From: an uncultured bacterium
Lineage (GTDB): Bacteria; Patescibacteriota; Patescibacteriia; Patescibacteriales; UBA12465
Direction: 5' to 3'
NCBI GenBank assembly: GCA_938003925.1
Contig: CALKWQ010000016.1
Span: forward strand, 16,363 to 80,362
DNA: 64,000 nucleotides
Shown here: positions 27,301-33,967 of the stretch, one piece after another
How the letters are laid out: every line of letters begins with the position of its first letter
How positions within the stretch are numbered: position 1 is the stretch's first letter
Translations under genes and position numbers: made by a program
Notes under the pieces: generated by a model
Told to the model about the DNA's origin: nothing
Database searches by the model: none
The model's input: the letters and a program-made list of their open reading frames with translations, nothing else

Positions 27301-27925
27301 AGATGCGCAAGCTAAACAGTTTAATGGTGCATCATTAGCAGTATTTGGACCAACTTTAGACAAAGAAACTAATAGTGATATTTTTAGAGACAGATATAAT
27401 AAAGCTGTTAATGAATATGGTCAAATTAGAACGTCTATTATTGGCATAGATGGTAAAATAAAGTCAATAGGTATTAATGCATCTGCTTTTGAAAGAGACG
27501 AAAATGGTGGATATAAAACAAGTATAGGTAATTCAACTACTTATTTTAGTAAGGATTCAGATGAGGCTAAGGTAATAGAGGCTCAAAAAGGATACTTAAA
27601 AAATCCAGTACCAAAGTTTTCATTAGCAGATGAAGCAGTTAAGGCACCATTGAGTTCTACTGAATCTGTAACCAATTCTAGTGATAAGCTAATAGCCGCA
27701 CTTGATAACTTACGCTTAGCTTTTGAAAAAAATCCTTCTACTAGTACAGAAAAAGCTTCAAGTACAGGTAGTGTATCAGTTTCAGTTAATGCACCAATAA
27801 CAGTTGCTGGTCAGCAGTCTACGCAACAGGATGTATCAGTAATTGTTTCTAAAATATGTAATGATTTCTTTAATACTGAATTTAATGCTAGATATATAAA
27901 AGCAGTACAAACTGTGAGTTTATAA
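15314..27925 (+). CDS. tape measure protein (about 4,200 aa)
   Basis: Uninterrupted 12.6-kb ORF after the chaperone pair. It has a TP901-type core-like segment (FEEDMKNVELVSQ...GIMSNAGVKASTIGTSLRSILGTLIAP) and Gly/Ala-rich hydrophobic segments. I prefer the ATG at 15314 (GAGGG 5 nt upstream) over the GTG at 15302. Confidence 0.9.
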   Translation: MAANNFSNSIKGLENLDKESLPSNDQAIVDVTGEASINASDVSLLLKPTIDQRAFKDATDQVEKQVAYINRLMASAGQKSEIGKKGTYTSTAGFEQINAAMAQFSQTGDYSSFTTELKKQLEVGRKKSGSEAMRKAAITAAKQFNTLTIDVENTFKEGGITGDILSISSKHSQDSSPSTMIRTDYKKLIASSIKYWANIGNQANVELLKQVEAGLDQGASEARNGNPNYRLVNAAQMRSGIVSTINSNPTATLQGVNFSTDIQKLVSFIGTKSKASTSASNALLGGVSLDQQFMKYFGLTDFTPGRSVTHMADLLGLLPKVSKAHEGGWDVEVTEQIGAIIHSLSEYEKGLAAGNTSIPPVVKSLKSRLSQPSVRSAYQGRVIATSALQHLNQIAIGSIPTTEAAEEKAYNLVKNVSAQSVGKLVDFTSPEYNLPATSISDSQKGLVKQQLSVSRAKVASSDLFDISPDSEGLEKYAMLQAAALVHQLSGIKYTDKRTLSPDDQVGIVSDALYNRLNSDFSHKLRDTNGQIHTGVSEHIDLDKIVSNIDGLLVNNGKFTANASGVGTPDATAFIVNAVKNAILRGINSDLKIGGIDNIALDKTDSSLPREVFPTQSAKKTDNIRRDVGLKAVSKFILSKIGTDGELNLSSDKLVSETRRHIENGFFERDEKEELSKPTTDNVNALTAYKDYVSKLNIARGSNYENTSAPIDYLTKHGYSIVKPREAGENANYEHSGILGQMEGHPDLLAHRVVPKLDGSLERRYLLPDIKSPNKLPKSFSDVENDNYSREWIAQIVSYAQMLPESIRNFLDIGILAGKPNEPGSEVLVTKPYNELVKNPVWATLVEELHKVKVGSAAHITSLPNNMLPAGPVLQANITADEQNNVNRLINERNDIGPKYVEKLVNLANRRDGASQGSLIYEYTKQNVTGGDSLKSIIDSMYNEHIFGQVSKDQFASNSLSLLLEAINVPKDKRKDTILDKLTGNFSPNETIQNRLVGLEVQEKPDAQPKISKITNEQLRKYFNKMSNSINEFWAGAFASDELQGRKVSNKYVKTLNIDVANQASLPGALSFEDAERRARIEKSLLAGYNRADLDAQNLVFSAEAKKAAIGTSGGSNYLHTGIAPNYAKKSTDGEITYEESIAEAIQRKQYYATQLDTFKGSSSTFDILNKLKTKEDTKRTSDIAAELNRVLSLQHAFNESNEADKGATGFRYARAYRRLANFNEPNILSMVRAPEDMFKDMPESFSTSYAEAANNYSINSRSFVPTSIQNSDEFLKKLESRKNKLSLDSQLNRYIASYISENEDTNLELIGTKSDIASKQEVEAKAIASFLQKYQKQPEKQSDDPVLSNILAERTDLADKHQNNLQKQFRTADTFGLSTENLSQIISSASTLSSIGEFSSIGSYLEKDIIDFSGSKQLAQLKTAANLKQTSKLSGSDYQRQLENYASSIADQIAGLLGNSSIIDSKTSGSLYSTGRNAESAIARYTSLNSYIEQKELLKQEVSQDDYESRDRLKKELSSYRTDFETLADPSVRLTSLKDKIITSDSLQVFKPSYIADKADRLSKLQDMSSSLRLAVDQGDMSTTPELLDNFVSLHKLYKKSGLDYTKGGLTISDIMSQYDTSKSISSNFGVDGELTNKGNQFVVASQTLKSSSSGANKFDALITKEKAALAAVRELESAFTAISNPDLGKIESEFRNLLETINADTTALYKLEEAKKAAGGKLSSQDENKLAIGKERVQANITTAQELAEKMKQKDRTKGLTEADWKAQVRDASLEREDQKYSLRSKATNLNALIDSGKVGSSNRYNATHAEFEEAIRLAKELESLGVKTGHDNKTSFGLYSSSQLETMMSNSGHRGKQHLSFTEGLVDQAAWKMQFGGAGVVLGGLSALTVGGFSEAKKFEEDMKNVELVSQASTIQLDQLKNKVVELSTTFTNTPAQLSDGLIILGQAGYKAAESLQLLGPIAQLATATMSDLKQAADITTTVLMSFDKPVANAAEVTNTLAAATIESKLELSSLGTVLNYVASTAHTAGMSLEETETAMGIMSNAGVKASTIGTSLRSILGTLIAPTAAFNNELARIGLTADDVNPQINSMSTILQRLHFKGFNVENAYQGLDKRIAGNISTLMAQADQWDSFQSKITGTDTAEAMAYGQMDTFGAQSKRLSNTFDTTRIGLMSGALEPLKTAAMASSEVLELIGKAAETSTGKAITSFATTGLAIGSFISILGGLRSAGSTILPALGDAIKGSAAQWLIRPTGDTTSNYFKNKTQFVSADSNLGKILNTTTDINKLPVSQQRMHQTITSLGGMAFNLPTLAITAGLGLAWAGYSSWKDSDLPGLGTGKNRMIESKRSADNLSGYIATLEKASQQQRKLALFNRGENSSSTRAFDEMLINTGVFASVNELGQTVTAGYKSNKDMGILKLVKSRDSIDLKTSLSMAKDVQRTKTSKEEIDSMFNFAQKSYDTDKEAISDGGRQASTMVSDLAIRKLKREGKFYDVDAVLKEANNAAPGGSQMAQSIRNNILAAHEEAMTVPNMRESKTSQAQDAYRELQRIDEDINLYSSLLSGKQLNEGESKRAKSVLPERAKAFLKPVMSDEKFSKAIAEGGSFNLLYKHALTGLEKDGDTDKFFNAMQVIAAGSGSAKGTNIRKEFSDDLTRVLSKKGSQERMDELARLGKDAVFESPEKIMDRSTYSESRTRFIQEGTFKLDRFINANEKLKAAKSKQSSLTAGTQEYDVASKAVEEARSLLERQEAELKPFLTDSFRFMLPNTNDSNRKFLQKTRGSIGIVGSMGLSSLSSDQYDDFAEKMDKLRVRHEETLNQDIVKGNISIKRKVQLQYELDVKDTLHEMILNANKDVFKYSELIGSSIKQSMEASIGSKTLKLDFSKVETDIEASNTISNMKLAGRSVVSRTPANYLEFKSNSYNSLMQSPIDSLNIPKFSQDAIYLVSTDAQVEKLNNNLRTTLDILNETKTSLAITKAQDISSLANINDSDLSRQKTLDLEEKYINGRIEANQRAFSSIKQILEEEIRLRDQLVDKIAKAKDAQAESTRDIREVSKSLYKSAGIDVSEDPKKLLDSLKAKEQEYNKRVAGGDVEGANKIISSMKSDEVKELTSGQYANYYVKEAGDIFSRMEKKQPELYNNYTSNLVERTNASNNTLDSARGDLAKLISDSIQLAKDKGRINDEQASIYKDKFVKRLEANSGNQEIASSVFTDFAKTPVLQEKMSEGMNIEIIFKHLADVIGTSLNPTIDKATEELKKFITQLNSFVPMSKQSLSDVTPTEQDVTKLIGNDAAEALGIGSFKMPRLIAENKHNNVDGWNTGNEIHYTDKKSLIHELIHSKIASEGKQFKGNYAEKELAEEFEVNKRMVQMGQLNRSDVEDRFGLGLDADSSNLSSEQLNSLMGSRASKQYAQKTRYSLNDEVLANYNSQPQWKRTTSNVVHTVLPAVSATIGGLVAGAAATPETFGVGTVPAAAAGGALMYGAGKQGSKLIDKYVLGLPDKELPKFNNPIINSAYEATYDVAEGAAMEAGGVLMAKGLEYASPYAINATRAIAKLGKSKQKVSVSNNSLTSAQYVHTSGRPIAELNQDSTLFVSPIDNIEASLARLNSGTAITYGVRAEKSANIFDITNMANRKKFIKAYVEANKNEYPNMSKKELMPKLRDKAAEIFDGANTTINGELKHGEKQDFQYLEDGSHEILPTIRRTLDHLGADGLKMKDAGNPAIAIFNKHKFNVTGPNGTKVPIMGEEVPLRNIFETPVEAVASQIKNNNPAYRFNADPVLGMYDSVKNISTPARWAKLRSLSPARMMKNLTGEEAVKASAYATTKLALASSVGGGSQLFNSLIMTTDKKEPAKTIEQTIAESKENSTGISNESYARIEKAQNERAALESNRLTTIAKKKDSRNNALYSLNPEAASDSSISEMMAKSSEQQTQFDIFETKGATGLSKYLKKQGATKSEIADRVKYVGEIVESSKNSAVVNSGIQQSSTHSNISTKDAQAKQFNGASLAVFGPTLDKETNSDIFRDRYNKAVNEYGQIRTSIIGIDGKIKSIGINASAFERDENGGYKTSIGNSTTYFSKDSDEAKVIEAQKGYLKNPVPKFSLADEAVKAPLSSTESVTNSSDKLIAALDNLRLAFEKNPSTSTEKASSTGSVSVSVNAPITVAGQQSTQQDVSVIVSKICNDFFNTEFNARYIKAVQTVSL

Positions 27926-28686
27926 TGAGTCTTATTAGCTTAAACTTAGGCACAGTTAGATCTGAAATAAACGGTAAAAATTTAGGCTGTGTTACAGCTG
28001 TAGACTTAGATATGTCTACAGCTGTAGTATCTACGTATAAAAATGGTACAATAATAAGTCCAAAATCTCATAAGCTATTAAAACCTTACGGTGTATTATC
28101 TATAACTACTGAAGAATTTGGAAATGTTACTTCTATTATAGCCGATATGCTTAATAATTTAGCAGTTGATAGCATAGAGGCTGTTAATTTTGATTGCTTT
28201 AGCATTACTGGTAAAGTCTATTTAATTCCACAGTTTAGTTTTAGTCTTGGATCATGGACTTCTATAACAATAAAACCAATAGTTAAAAATTTTAATTTTG
28301 TTAATAAGCCGTCTCCAAGTAGCGTTATACAATCAATGCCTAATAGGGCTATTACTGATAATACTGACAATTTATGCTATGCTATTGATTTAAATGGTAA
28401 ATTATTAAGTAGTTTAACTTTTGATACTAAATGTAATTATGAGCTTATATTTGATAGCTATGAGCAAGAAATACTAGATTGTGTAATTAATTCCTTTAGT
28501 GTTGAAATAAATGCTGGGATAATAGATTTTGAATCAACTGATATACCTACTGAATTTGATCTAAATTTTAATCTAATTGGAGGCCTGTACCAGTTAAAGA
28601 TTAAAGATGCCATAGGTATACCACAGGGCTTTAAATCTTCTAAGGACTATAATACTTGGCATGTAAAAATAATAGGTAGTCTATGA
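27925..28686 (+). CDS. putative distal tail protein (position only)
   Basis: TAATG-coupled to the tape measure stop. It is the first gene after the tape measure. Confidence 0.35.
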   Translation: MSLISLNLGTVRSEINGKNLGCVTAVDLDMSTAVVSTYKNGTIISPKSHKLLKPYGVLSITTEEFGNVTSIIADMLNNLAVDSIEAVNFDCFSITGKVYLIPQFSFSLGSWTSITIKPIVKNFNFVNKPSPSSVIQSMPNRAITDNTDNLCYAIDLNGKLLSSLTFDTKCNYELIFDSYEQEILDCVINSFSVEINAGIIDFESTDIPTEFDLNFNLIGGLYQLKIKDAIGIPQGFKSSKDYNTWHVKIIGSL

Positions 28687-29258
28687 ATATTTTTAAGCTA
28701 GAAACAGAAGAAGGCTATTCTATATTTAATGGTATTAGTGTAGTTAATAAACACCTAATATCTTATTACAATTTTAATTTCTTAACTTCTCTGGCTACTG
28801 TAGCTTTAAAAAGAGATCAAAATGATAAAAAATTAGCTTACAATCAGTCTATTACAGGCCTATATGTTGATAAAGATTTAAATAAAATACCATTAGATGA
28901 TAGTAATGTAGCGTCCTTGTACAAACTATATAATGCCATTACATTTAATTTAGATGAAATTAGCTTAACACTAGCAGAATCAATATTGTCTAAATCGGCT
29001 AAAGCTTCTATATATATTGATTATATTTTAAAACTACATACTATGGCTAGTTCTGATGATATATCTAGTTATTCATATGCGAGTATAATCGCTAAAATAA
29101 ATTTGCTTAAGCAGCTTTTTGAACAAAATAAAATATCATGTAGCTTAGAAACACTAGATAGCTATACTGGTATATTAGCCCCTGCATCTGTAACTTATAC
29201 ATATAAGCCTAGTATAGGCTATGGTACTTTACAGGGAACAATTCTATATGAGTCTTGA
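28683..29258 (+). CDS. hypothetical tail-tip protein
   Basis: 191-aa ORF with an ATGA start/stop overlap. Confidence 0.5.
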   Translation: MNIFKLETEEGYSIFNGISVVNKHLISYYNFNFLTSLATVALKRDQNDKKLAYNQSITGLYVDKDLNKIPLDDSNVASLYKLYNAITFNLDEISLTLAESILSKSAKASIYIDYILKLHTMASSDDISSYSYASIIAKINLLKQLFEQNKISCSLETLDSYTGILAPASVTYTYKPSIGYGTLQGTILYES

Positions 29259-29814
29259 TGGTATGGATATTAGTATATCGTATTCTTCTTCATTTATTTT
29301 AGAAGAAAAACAATATTTACTAAGACAGTTTGTGGTTAATTCTAAATTAAGTACTGGTCATAGTATTATTGAACATAGTAATATGTTTGGTCAGAGAATA
29401 GTATTAAGTATTAACAAAAAAAAATTACCAGCAATTAGTATAAATGATGACAACATATATAAGGAAGTATACACTTATTATGAAGCAATAAGCATAAGCT
29501 ACGGTGCTAGGGCTATTAAAGATGTTACTAAGTATATAGCTATGGATACTGACTGTAAAAATTTTTATAGCGAAAGACGCAGACTACTAAGTTTAATTAA
29601 TAATGATAACATATCCATAGATAAGAAATTAACTTATATAACTGATTTAGAATCTTTAATAAGACCAGTACTTAATACACCTATAACTATTGATGGCTAT
29701 TCACATATGTTAGCGGAAGAAAATTCATTAGCTTTAAACAAGTGGACAAATGGTCCATACTATGATATATCTTTAAATATTATAGCTTATAAAAAACTAG
29801 ATTTAGGAGCGTAA
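29248..29814 (+). CDS. hypothetical tail-tip protein
   Basis: The ORF is open from 29221. The ATG at 29248 gives an 11-nt overlap instead of 38 nt. It contains an A9 run at 29416-29424. Confidence 0.45.
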   Translation: MSLDGMDISISYSSSFILEEKQYLLRQFVVNSKLSTGHSIIEHSNMFGQRIVLSINKKKLPAISINDDNIYKEVYTYYEAISISYGARAIKDVTKYIAMDTDCKNFYSERRRLLSLINNDNISIDKKLTYITDLESLIRPVLNTPITIDGYSHMLAEENSLALNKWTNGPYYDISLNIIAYKKLDLGA

Positions 29815-29815
29815 A

Positions 29816-30679
29816 ATGTCTATTCTATTATTTAAGGATGATGCACTAACACAACCAGTTAAAACTCCACAAAAATTTACTAGAGCCTCTACTTTGTCGC
29901 CATATCAGTCATTTACTTTAACTAAAATGAATGGGTCAGATATGGCTCATTTATACAGATATAATGGTATAACACATACTAAATTAGTGCAAGGAACTGA
30001 TTTCACACTTTCTGGTAATATAATAACTACTGCGGCATCTTTAGGGGCTACGGAAGTACTTATAGCTGTGCCAATTGATAGACTTAATCTAAACTTTGGT
30101 GGTGTATTTGGAGCTACTAAAACAAACACAGTATCAGTAGTATTTAAACGTGAAGCTGCTTATATGTATGATAATTTACTACTAGCTAGCGATGACTTGG
30201 ATAAAGAGCCTTTTGCTCAAAATTTAATAGATATGCCTTTTACATTCGTAGCCTCACAATCTGGTATAAACTCACTAGGTGAGGCAGTTGTAGGTTCAAA
30301 ATGTACAAGTCCACAATTAACCGGCTTAACTATTAATTCACTTGAAGGATATGCTCTTGTACTTAATAATACTTATATAGGTAAAATATTATCAAATGAT
30401 ACAGATAGTATAATTGTTAATAATTCTACCTATGCCAGGGTAGGTGAAGTAGGTGATGATCTTAGCATATTTTCAATAGGTTCATTATTATTTGCTCTAG
30501 ACATTAATGGAACTGTTCCAGCTAACGGTGATTTTAAACCAGTAATTAACTTACCAGATTTAGATCTTGGTAAAGATACAGTAAAAGTATGGATAAGAGA
30601 TACAGTAATAATTCCTGAAGTAGCAACAAATTATCCAAATATGGCTTTTAAGTTATCTGGTATTGAGTACCTAGCATAA
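29816..30679 (+). CDS. tail-tip protein, member of the shared C-terminal module family
   Basis: C-terminus is LLFALDINGTVPANGDFKPVINLP...AFKLSGIEYLA. Confidence 0.55.
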   Translation: MSILLFKDDALTQPVKTPQKFTRASTLSPYQSFTLTKMNGSDMAHLYRYNGITHTKLVQGTDFTLSGNIITTAASLGATEVLIAVPIDRLNLNFGGVFGATKTNTVSVVFKREAAYMYDNLLLASDDLDKEPFAQNLIDMPFTFVASQSGINSLGEAVVGSKCTSPQLTGLTINSLEGYALVLNNTYIGKILSNDTDSIIVNNSTYARVGEVGDDLSIFSIGSLLFALDINGTVPANGDFKPVINLPDLDLGKDTVKVWIRDTVIIPEVATNYPNMAFKLSGIEYLA

Positions 30680-31284
30680 TGCCTATAGTCCATATAGGAC
30701 ATAGTATTTTCTATAGTTGGGCAATTGAGCACGAGATAGAAAATAATTTAGCATTAAGTGGTATTGGTATATCAACAGAATTAAGCCAATACAGCTATCT
30801 TGAGCCGTCTAGAAGACTACCAACAGGTATTAGAATAAAAATTCCTGACTATTTAGTGAATAGTCTAACAACAGTATTTACGTATATAAACTCTAGCTGG
30901 AAGCAAATAAGTACTTTTAAACAATTTGGTAACATATTAGAGTTTCAAACACCTACTAGTGACAAGCTATTAGGCTTTTCTTATGGTTCTTTTTCTGACA
31001 TATACTATAAAAATGGAAGCTATGTATATGAATTTTATATGTCAAGATTAGATCATAGAGTGTATAAAAATATATCAATAGTAGCATCGTCACACTTAGT
31101 CCAAGAAAATATCACAATATATTTTAGTTTGTCTAAAATAGGCCCTTGGTATACTAGCTTAAGTTCTTATTCAATTATTCCAACTTTTTATGTTAAAGTA
31201 GTGGTTGATAATTTTCAACATATTGAGAATGAATTATTAATACCAACTGAAATTATAAGCATATCATGCTTAGTTTGTGAGTAG
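30679..31284 (+). CDS. tail-tip protein, member of the shared C-terminal module family
   Basis: C-terminus is ITIYFSLSKIGPWYTSLSSYSIIP... The gene is TAATG-coupled. Confidence 0.5.
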   Translation: MPIVHIGHSIFYSWAIEHEIENNLALSGIGISTELSQYSYLEPSRRLPTGIRIKIPDYLVNSLTTVFTYINSSWKQISTFKQFGNILEFQTPTSDKLLGFSYGSFSDIYYKNGSYVYEFYMSRLDHRVYKNISIVASSHLVQENITIYFSLSKIGPWYTSLSSYSIIPTFYVKVVVDNFQHIENELLIPTEIISISCLVCE

Positions 31285-31286
31285 TC

Positions 31287-32948
31287 ATGCTAAAATGTAC
31301 GGGTAAAATACGCATAGATACTGTTGGTATTGTAACTGGTTTTCAAACTAAGTTTTTAGCGGAGCTTAGTCCAGGTGATAAAATACAAGCCAATTCTACA
31401 GTATATGAAATAATGTCTATTTGTAATGACACTAGTCTACTTATTAACCAGGCTATAGAAATACCTGAATTAATAGACTATTACTTAATTGAAGCCAATC
31501 CTTATTTTAGATTATCTAATAAAGAAGTAGTTATTAGCAAAGAATCTATACCATTATTTTTAAATGAGGGCATAGGTAATAAACTTTCAATGGGCCAAGT
31601 TTTTACTGGTCAGTTTTTAGCAAAACAAAATCCTAATAATTATGTAAATCCTACAGTAGTAACATTACCAAATGGCTATAATTACATAACACCATATACT
31701 AATTTATCTTTTTGTAAAGTTAGTGAAAATTCAACTATAGCTACAGTACCAGATATAGGAATTAAAGTTAGTGTAATAAAAGATAAAGACTACATAGTTA
31801 TACCGACTAATTATGAAAATTTAGCAAGCATAAATTATCTTGTTATAGGCTTAAAAGTAAGTATTAATAATATTGAGTATACTGTAATTGATAAAACTTA
31901 TGCTGAATATAGTACTCCTGGTTCATTTACATACGTAGCCTATATAAAGGTAGATAAAGTATTTAACTACTCAGGTACAAATTTAAAAGTTATTATACCA
32001 GCTAACTATGATATTTTATATCCAGCTGGTACAATTGTTCAATTAAATGGCAAAATGTATACAGTAGAAAGTTCAGCGCCTAGTAGTATAACTTTTAAAT
32101 ACCCTATGTCTGCTAATGATATAGTGACTATTAGAAAGCCATTAGTTGGCTCATTAGTTGGTTTAAATAGCATAGTCTTTAGTAATATAGATTTTGATAA
32201 ATCATACCTATATAATAATAACTTAGTATATGTGCAAGAAATAAGAGATGAAAATGACTTATATGGCGATAGCATAGTATATGGGGAGTTAAAGACTATA
32301 AATAGAAGCTTTAGTTCACATGTTATAGCAAATGAACTAAATAAGCGCCAATTTACTGGGGTTGTTCATTTCGGCCTGCCTAATAATGGCTTTTATATGT
32401 ACAGTAAAGACGCTAGAGTTGATAGTAATAACTTAAGTCAAGTATATTTTTATGCACAAAATTATGGCATGCCAGTTATTAATCAAGTTGTAAAACTTGG
32501 TGACAAACTGCATAAAATAACTAATACCTATTGGTATTCAAGCTATACTTTAGCCTCTATAACTATAACACCACCAGCACTTAGTGGTAAATGTGTTATA
32601 GAAAGGCCTAATGACATAGCTTATGGTTCTTACTCTAGCCTAATAAAAGCTTTATGCTTAAAATTAGCAATATATAAACAAACTAATAGTCTATATCAGC
32701 TAGTAACAATAGATATGCTATATAAGCTATTTTTATACAGTATTAACTATGCTATTAATTTATTTGCTAAAGAGTATACTGTATATAATATGCATAATCC
32801 TGTATACTTTTCTACTAGTAAGTATGCAGCAGCTCCAATCTTATATACTGAAAGTTTTAGCATTTCTAAACATACGTCCTCTATAGGCTATGAGTATACA
32901 AATAGGCTGATAAGACGTTGTGGGCGCTATATCAGAGGGGCTAAGTAA
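31287..32948 (+). CDS. hypothetical tail-tip protein (553 aa) with repeated small-barrel motifs
   Basis: Repeats include TGFQTKFLAELSPGDKIQANSTVYEIMSICNDTSLLINQ, PAGTIVQLNGKMYTVESS and KLGDKLHKITNTY. Confidence 0.5.
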   Translation: MLKCTGKIRIDTVGIVTGFQTKFLAELSPGDKIQANSTVYEIMSICNDTSLLINQAIEIPELIDYYLIEANPYFRLSNKEVVISKESIPLFLNEGIGNKLSMGQVFTGQFLAKQNPNNYVNPTVVTLPNGYNYITPYTNLSFCKVSENSTIATVPDIGIKVSVIKDKDYIVIPTNYENLASINYLVIGLKVSINNIEYTVIDKTYAEYSTPGSFTYVAYIKVDKVFNYSGTNLKVIIPANYDILYPAGTIVQLNGKMYTVESSAPSSITFKYPMSANDIVTIRKPLVGSLVGLNSIVFSNIDFDKSYLYNNNLVYVQEIRDENDLYGDSIVYGELKTINRSFSSHVIANELNKRQFTGVVHFGLPNNGFYMYSKDARVDSNNLSQVYFYAQNYGMPVINQVVKLGDKLHKITNTYWYSSYTLASITITPPALSGKCVIERPNDIAYGSYSSLIKALCLKLAIYKQTNSLYQLVTIDMLYKLFLYSINYAINLFAKEYTVYNMHNPVYFSTSKYAAAPILYTESFSISKHTSSIGYEYTNRLIRRCGRYIRGAK

Positions 32949-33967
32949 TGCCAATACAGCTAATAACTGATACAGGAATGTTAGCTCCAGCTATTACTGA
33001 TCTATACCAATCATTAAGTTATATAGATTATGCTATTATTAACTCTAGAGTACCTGAAGGCTATGGAGGGTTTGTTATAGCCAATCCTAACTTAAACACT
33101 ATAAATAGCATGACTATATCAGATATAGAAGATACGTATGATTTATACATAAGTGATAGCTCTGTTGATATAGTAACTAATGTTAGATTTTCAACAAATA
33201 TAGCTTTAGTATTATTTGAATACAGTAATGACACGTATAGCGAATTTCCTGTTAATGTAATAGTCAGAGAAATTAGTATAGAGATAACTCCTCCGTGGGC
33301 TACTATTACTCCTGATCCATCTTTACAGTATACTGAGCCAACTGAATTTACTATAATACCTCCTATTGGGTATGACTATGCTATTGTACTAAACGATGCC
33401 TTTTATTTTCCAATGTTTCCATATAGCTCCGGTATAAATATGCATGATAAAGGTTTTATGCTTAGTGGTAACACTAGCCTAAAACTGTATAAAAATACTA
33501 AAATTAGTATTTTTTACTATAGTAATGCTTACTGGTCATACTATGCAACAATAGAGAATAAATCTGATGAATTTAATATAGCTATTAAAGAGCCTTTTAG
33601 CTTTACAATTATTGACTATGGAAAATTATGTTCGTTTAAAACTCCAATTAAAGCTATAGTAAAATTTACTGATATTTGTATTATAGAATTAAAAACAATA
33701 GACTTAGAGCTAAAACTAGAAGTTATAAACACAATTGAAATAAATGAAAATTTAACTCTAGAATTAGATATTTCTTCAAGTTGTGTAATTGAAATAAAAT
33801 CTATAAGCCCTAAAGAATTGGTTAGAAAATATATTTTTAAGCGTGAATTAGGCAATAAATCTGTATATTCATTCTACACTGATGATAACAACATACTAAC
33901 AAATAATATACTAGATGCTAATTTGTTTGATTTGGAATCTTCAGATGGTGGAGGCCAAGCTGCCTAA
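32948..33967 (+). CDS. hypothetical tail-tip protein (339 aa)
   Basis: TAATG-coupled ORF. No motif recognised. Confidence 0.5.
   Translation: MPIQLITDTGMLAPAITDLYQSLSYIDYAIINSRVPEGYGGFVIANPNLNTINSMTISDIEDTYDLYISDSSVDIVTNVRFSTNIALVLFEYSNDTYSEFPVNVIVREISIEITPPWATITPDPSLQYTEPTEFTIIPPIGYDYAIVLNDAFYFPMFPYSSGINMHDKGFMLSGNTSLKLYKNTKISIFYYSNAYWSYYATIENKSDEFNIAIKEPFSFTIIDYGKLCSFKTPIKAIVKFTDICIIELKTIDLELKLEVINTIEINENLTLELDISSSCVIEIKSISPKELVRKYIFKRELGNKSVYSFYTDDNNILTNNILDANLFDLESSDGGGQAA

Noticed and set aside
16099-27363. Nine - strand ORFs of 65-141 aa inside the tape measure gene, for example 16906..17295, 25639..25956, 26380..26709 and 26938..27363.
   Set aside because: They lie antisense to a 12.6-kb ORF that is certainly coding. 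They have no convincing SD sequences, and their Leu/Ser/Ile-rich composition is typical of antisense frames. I treat them as spurious.
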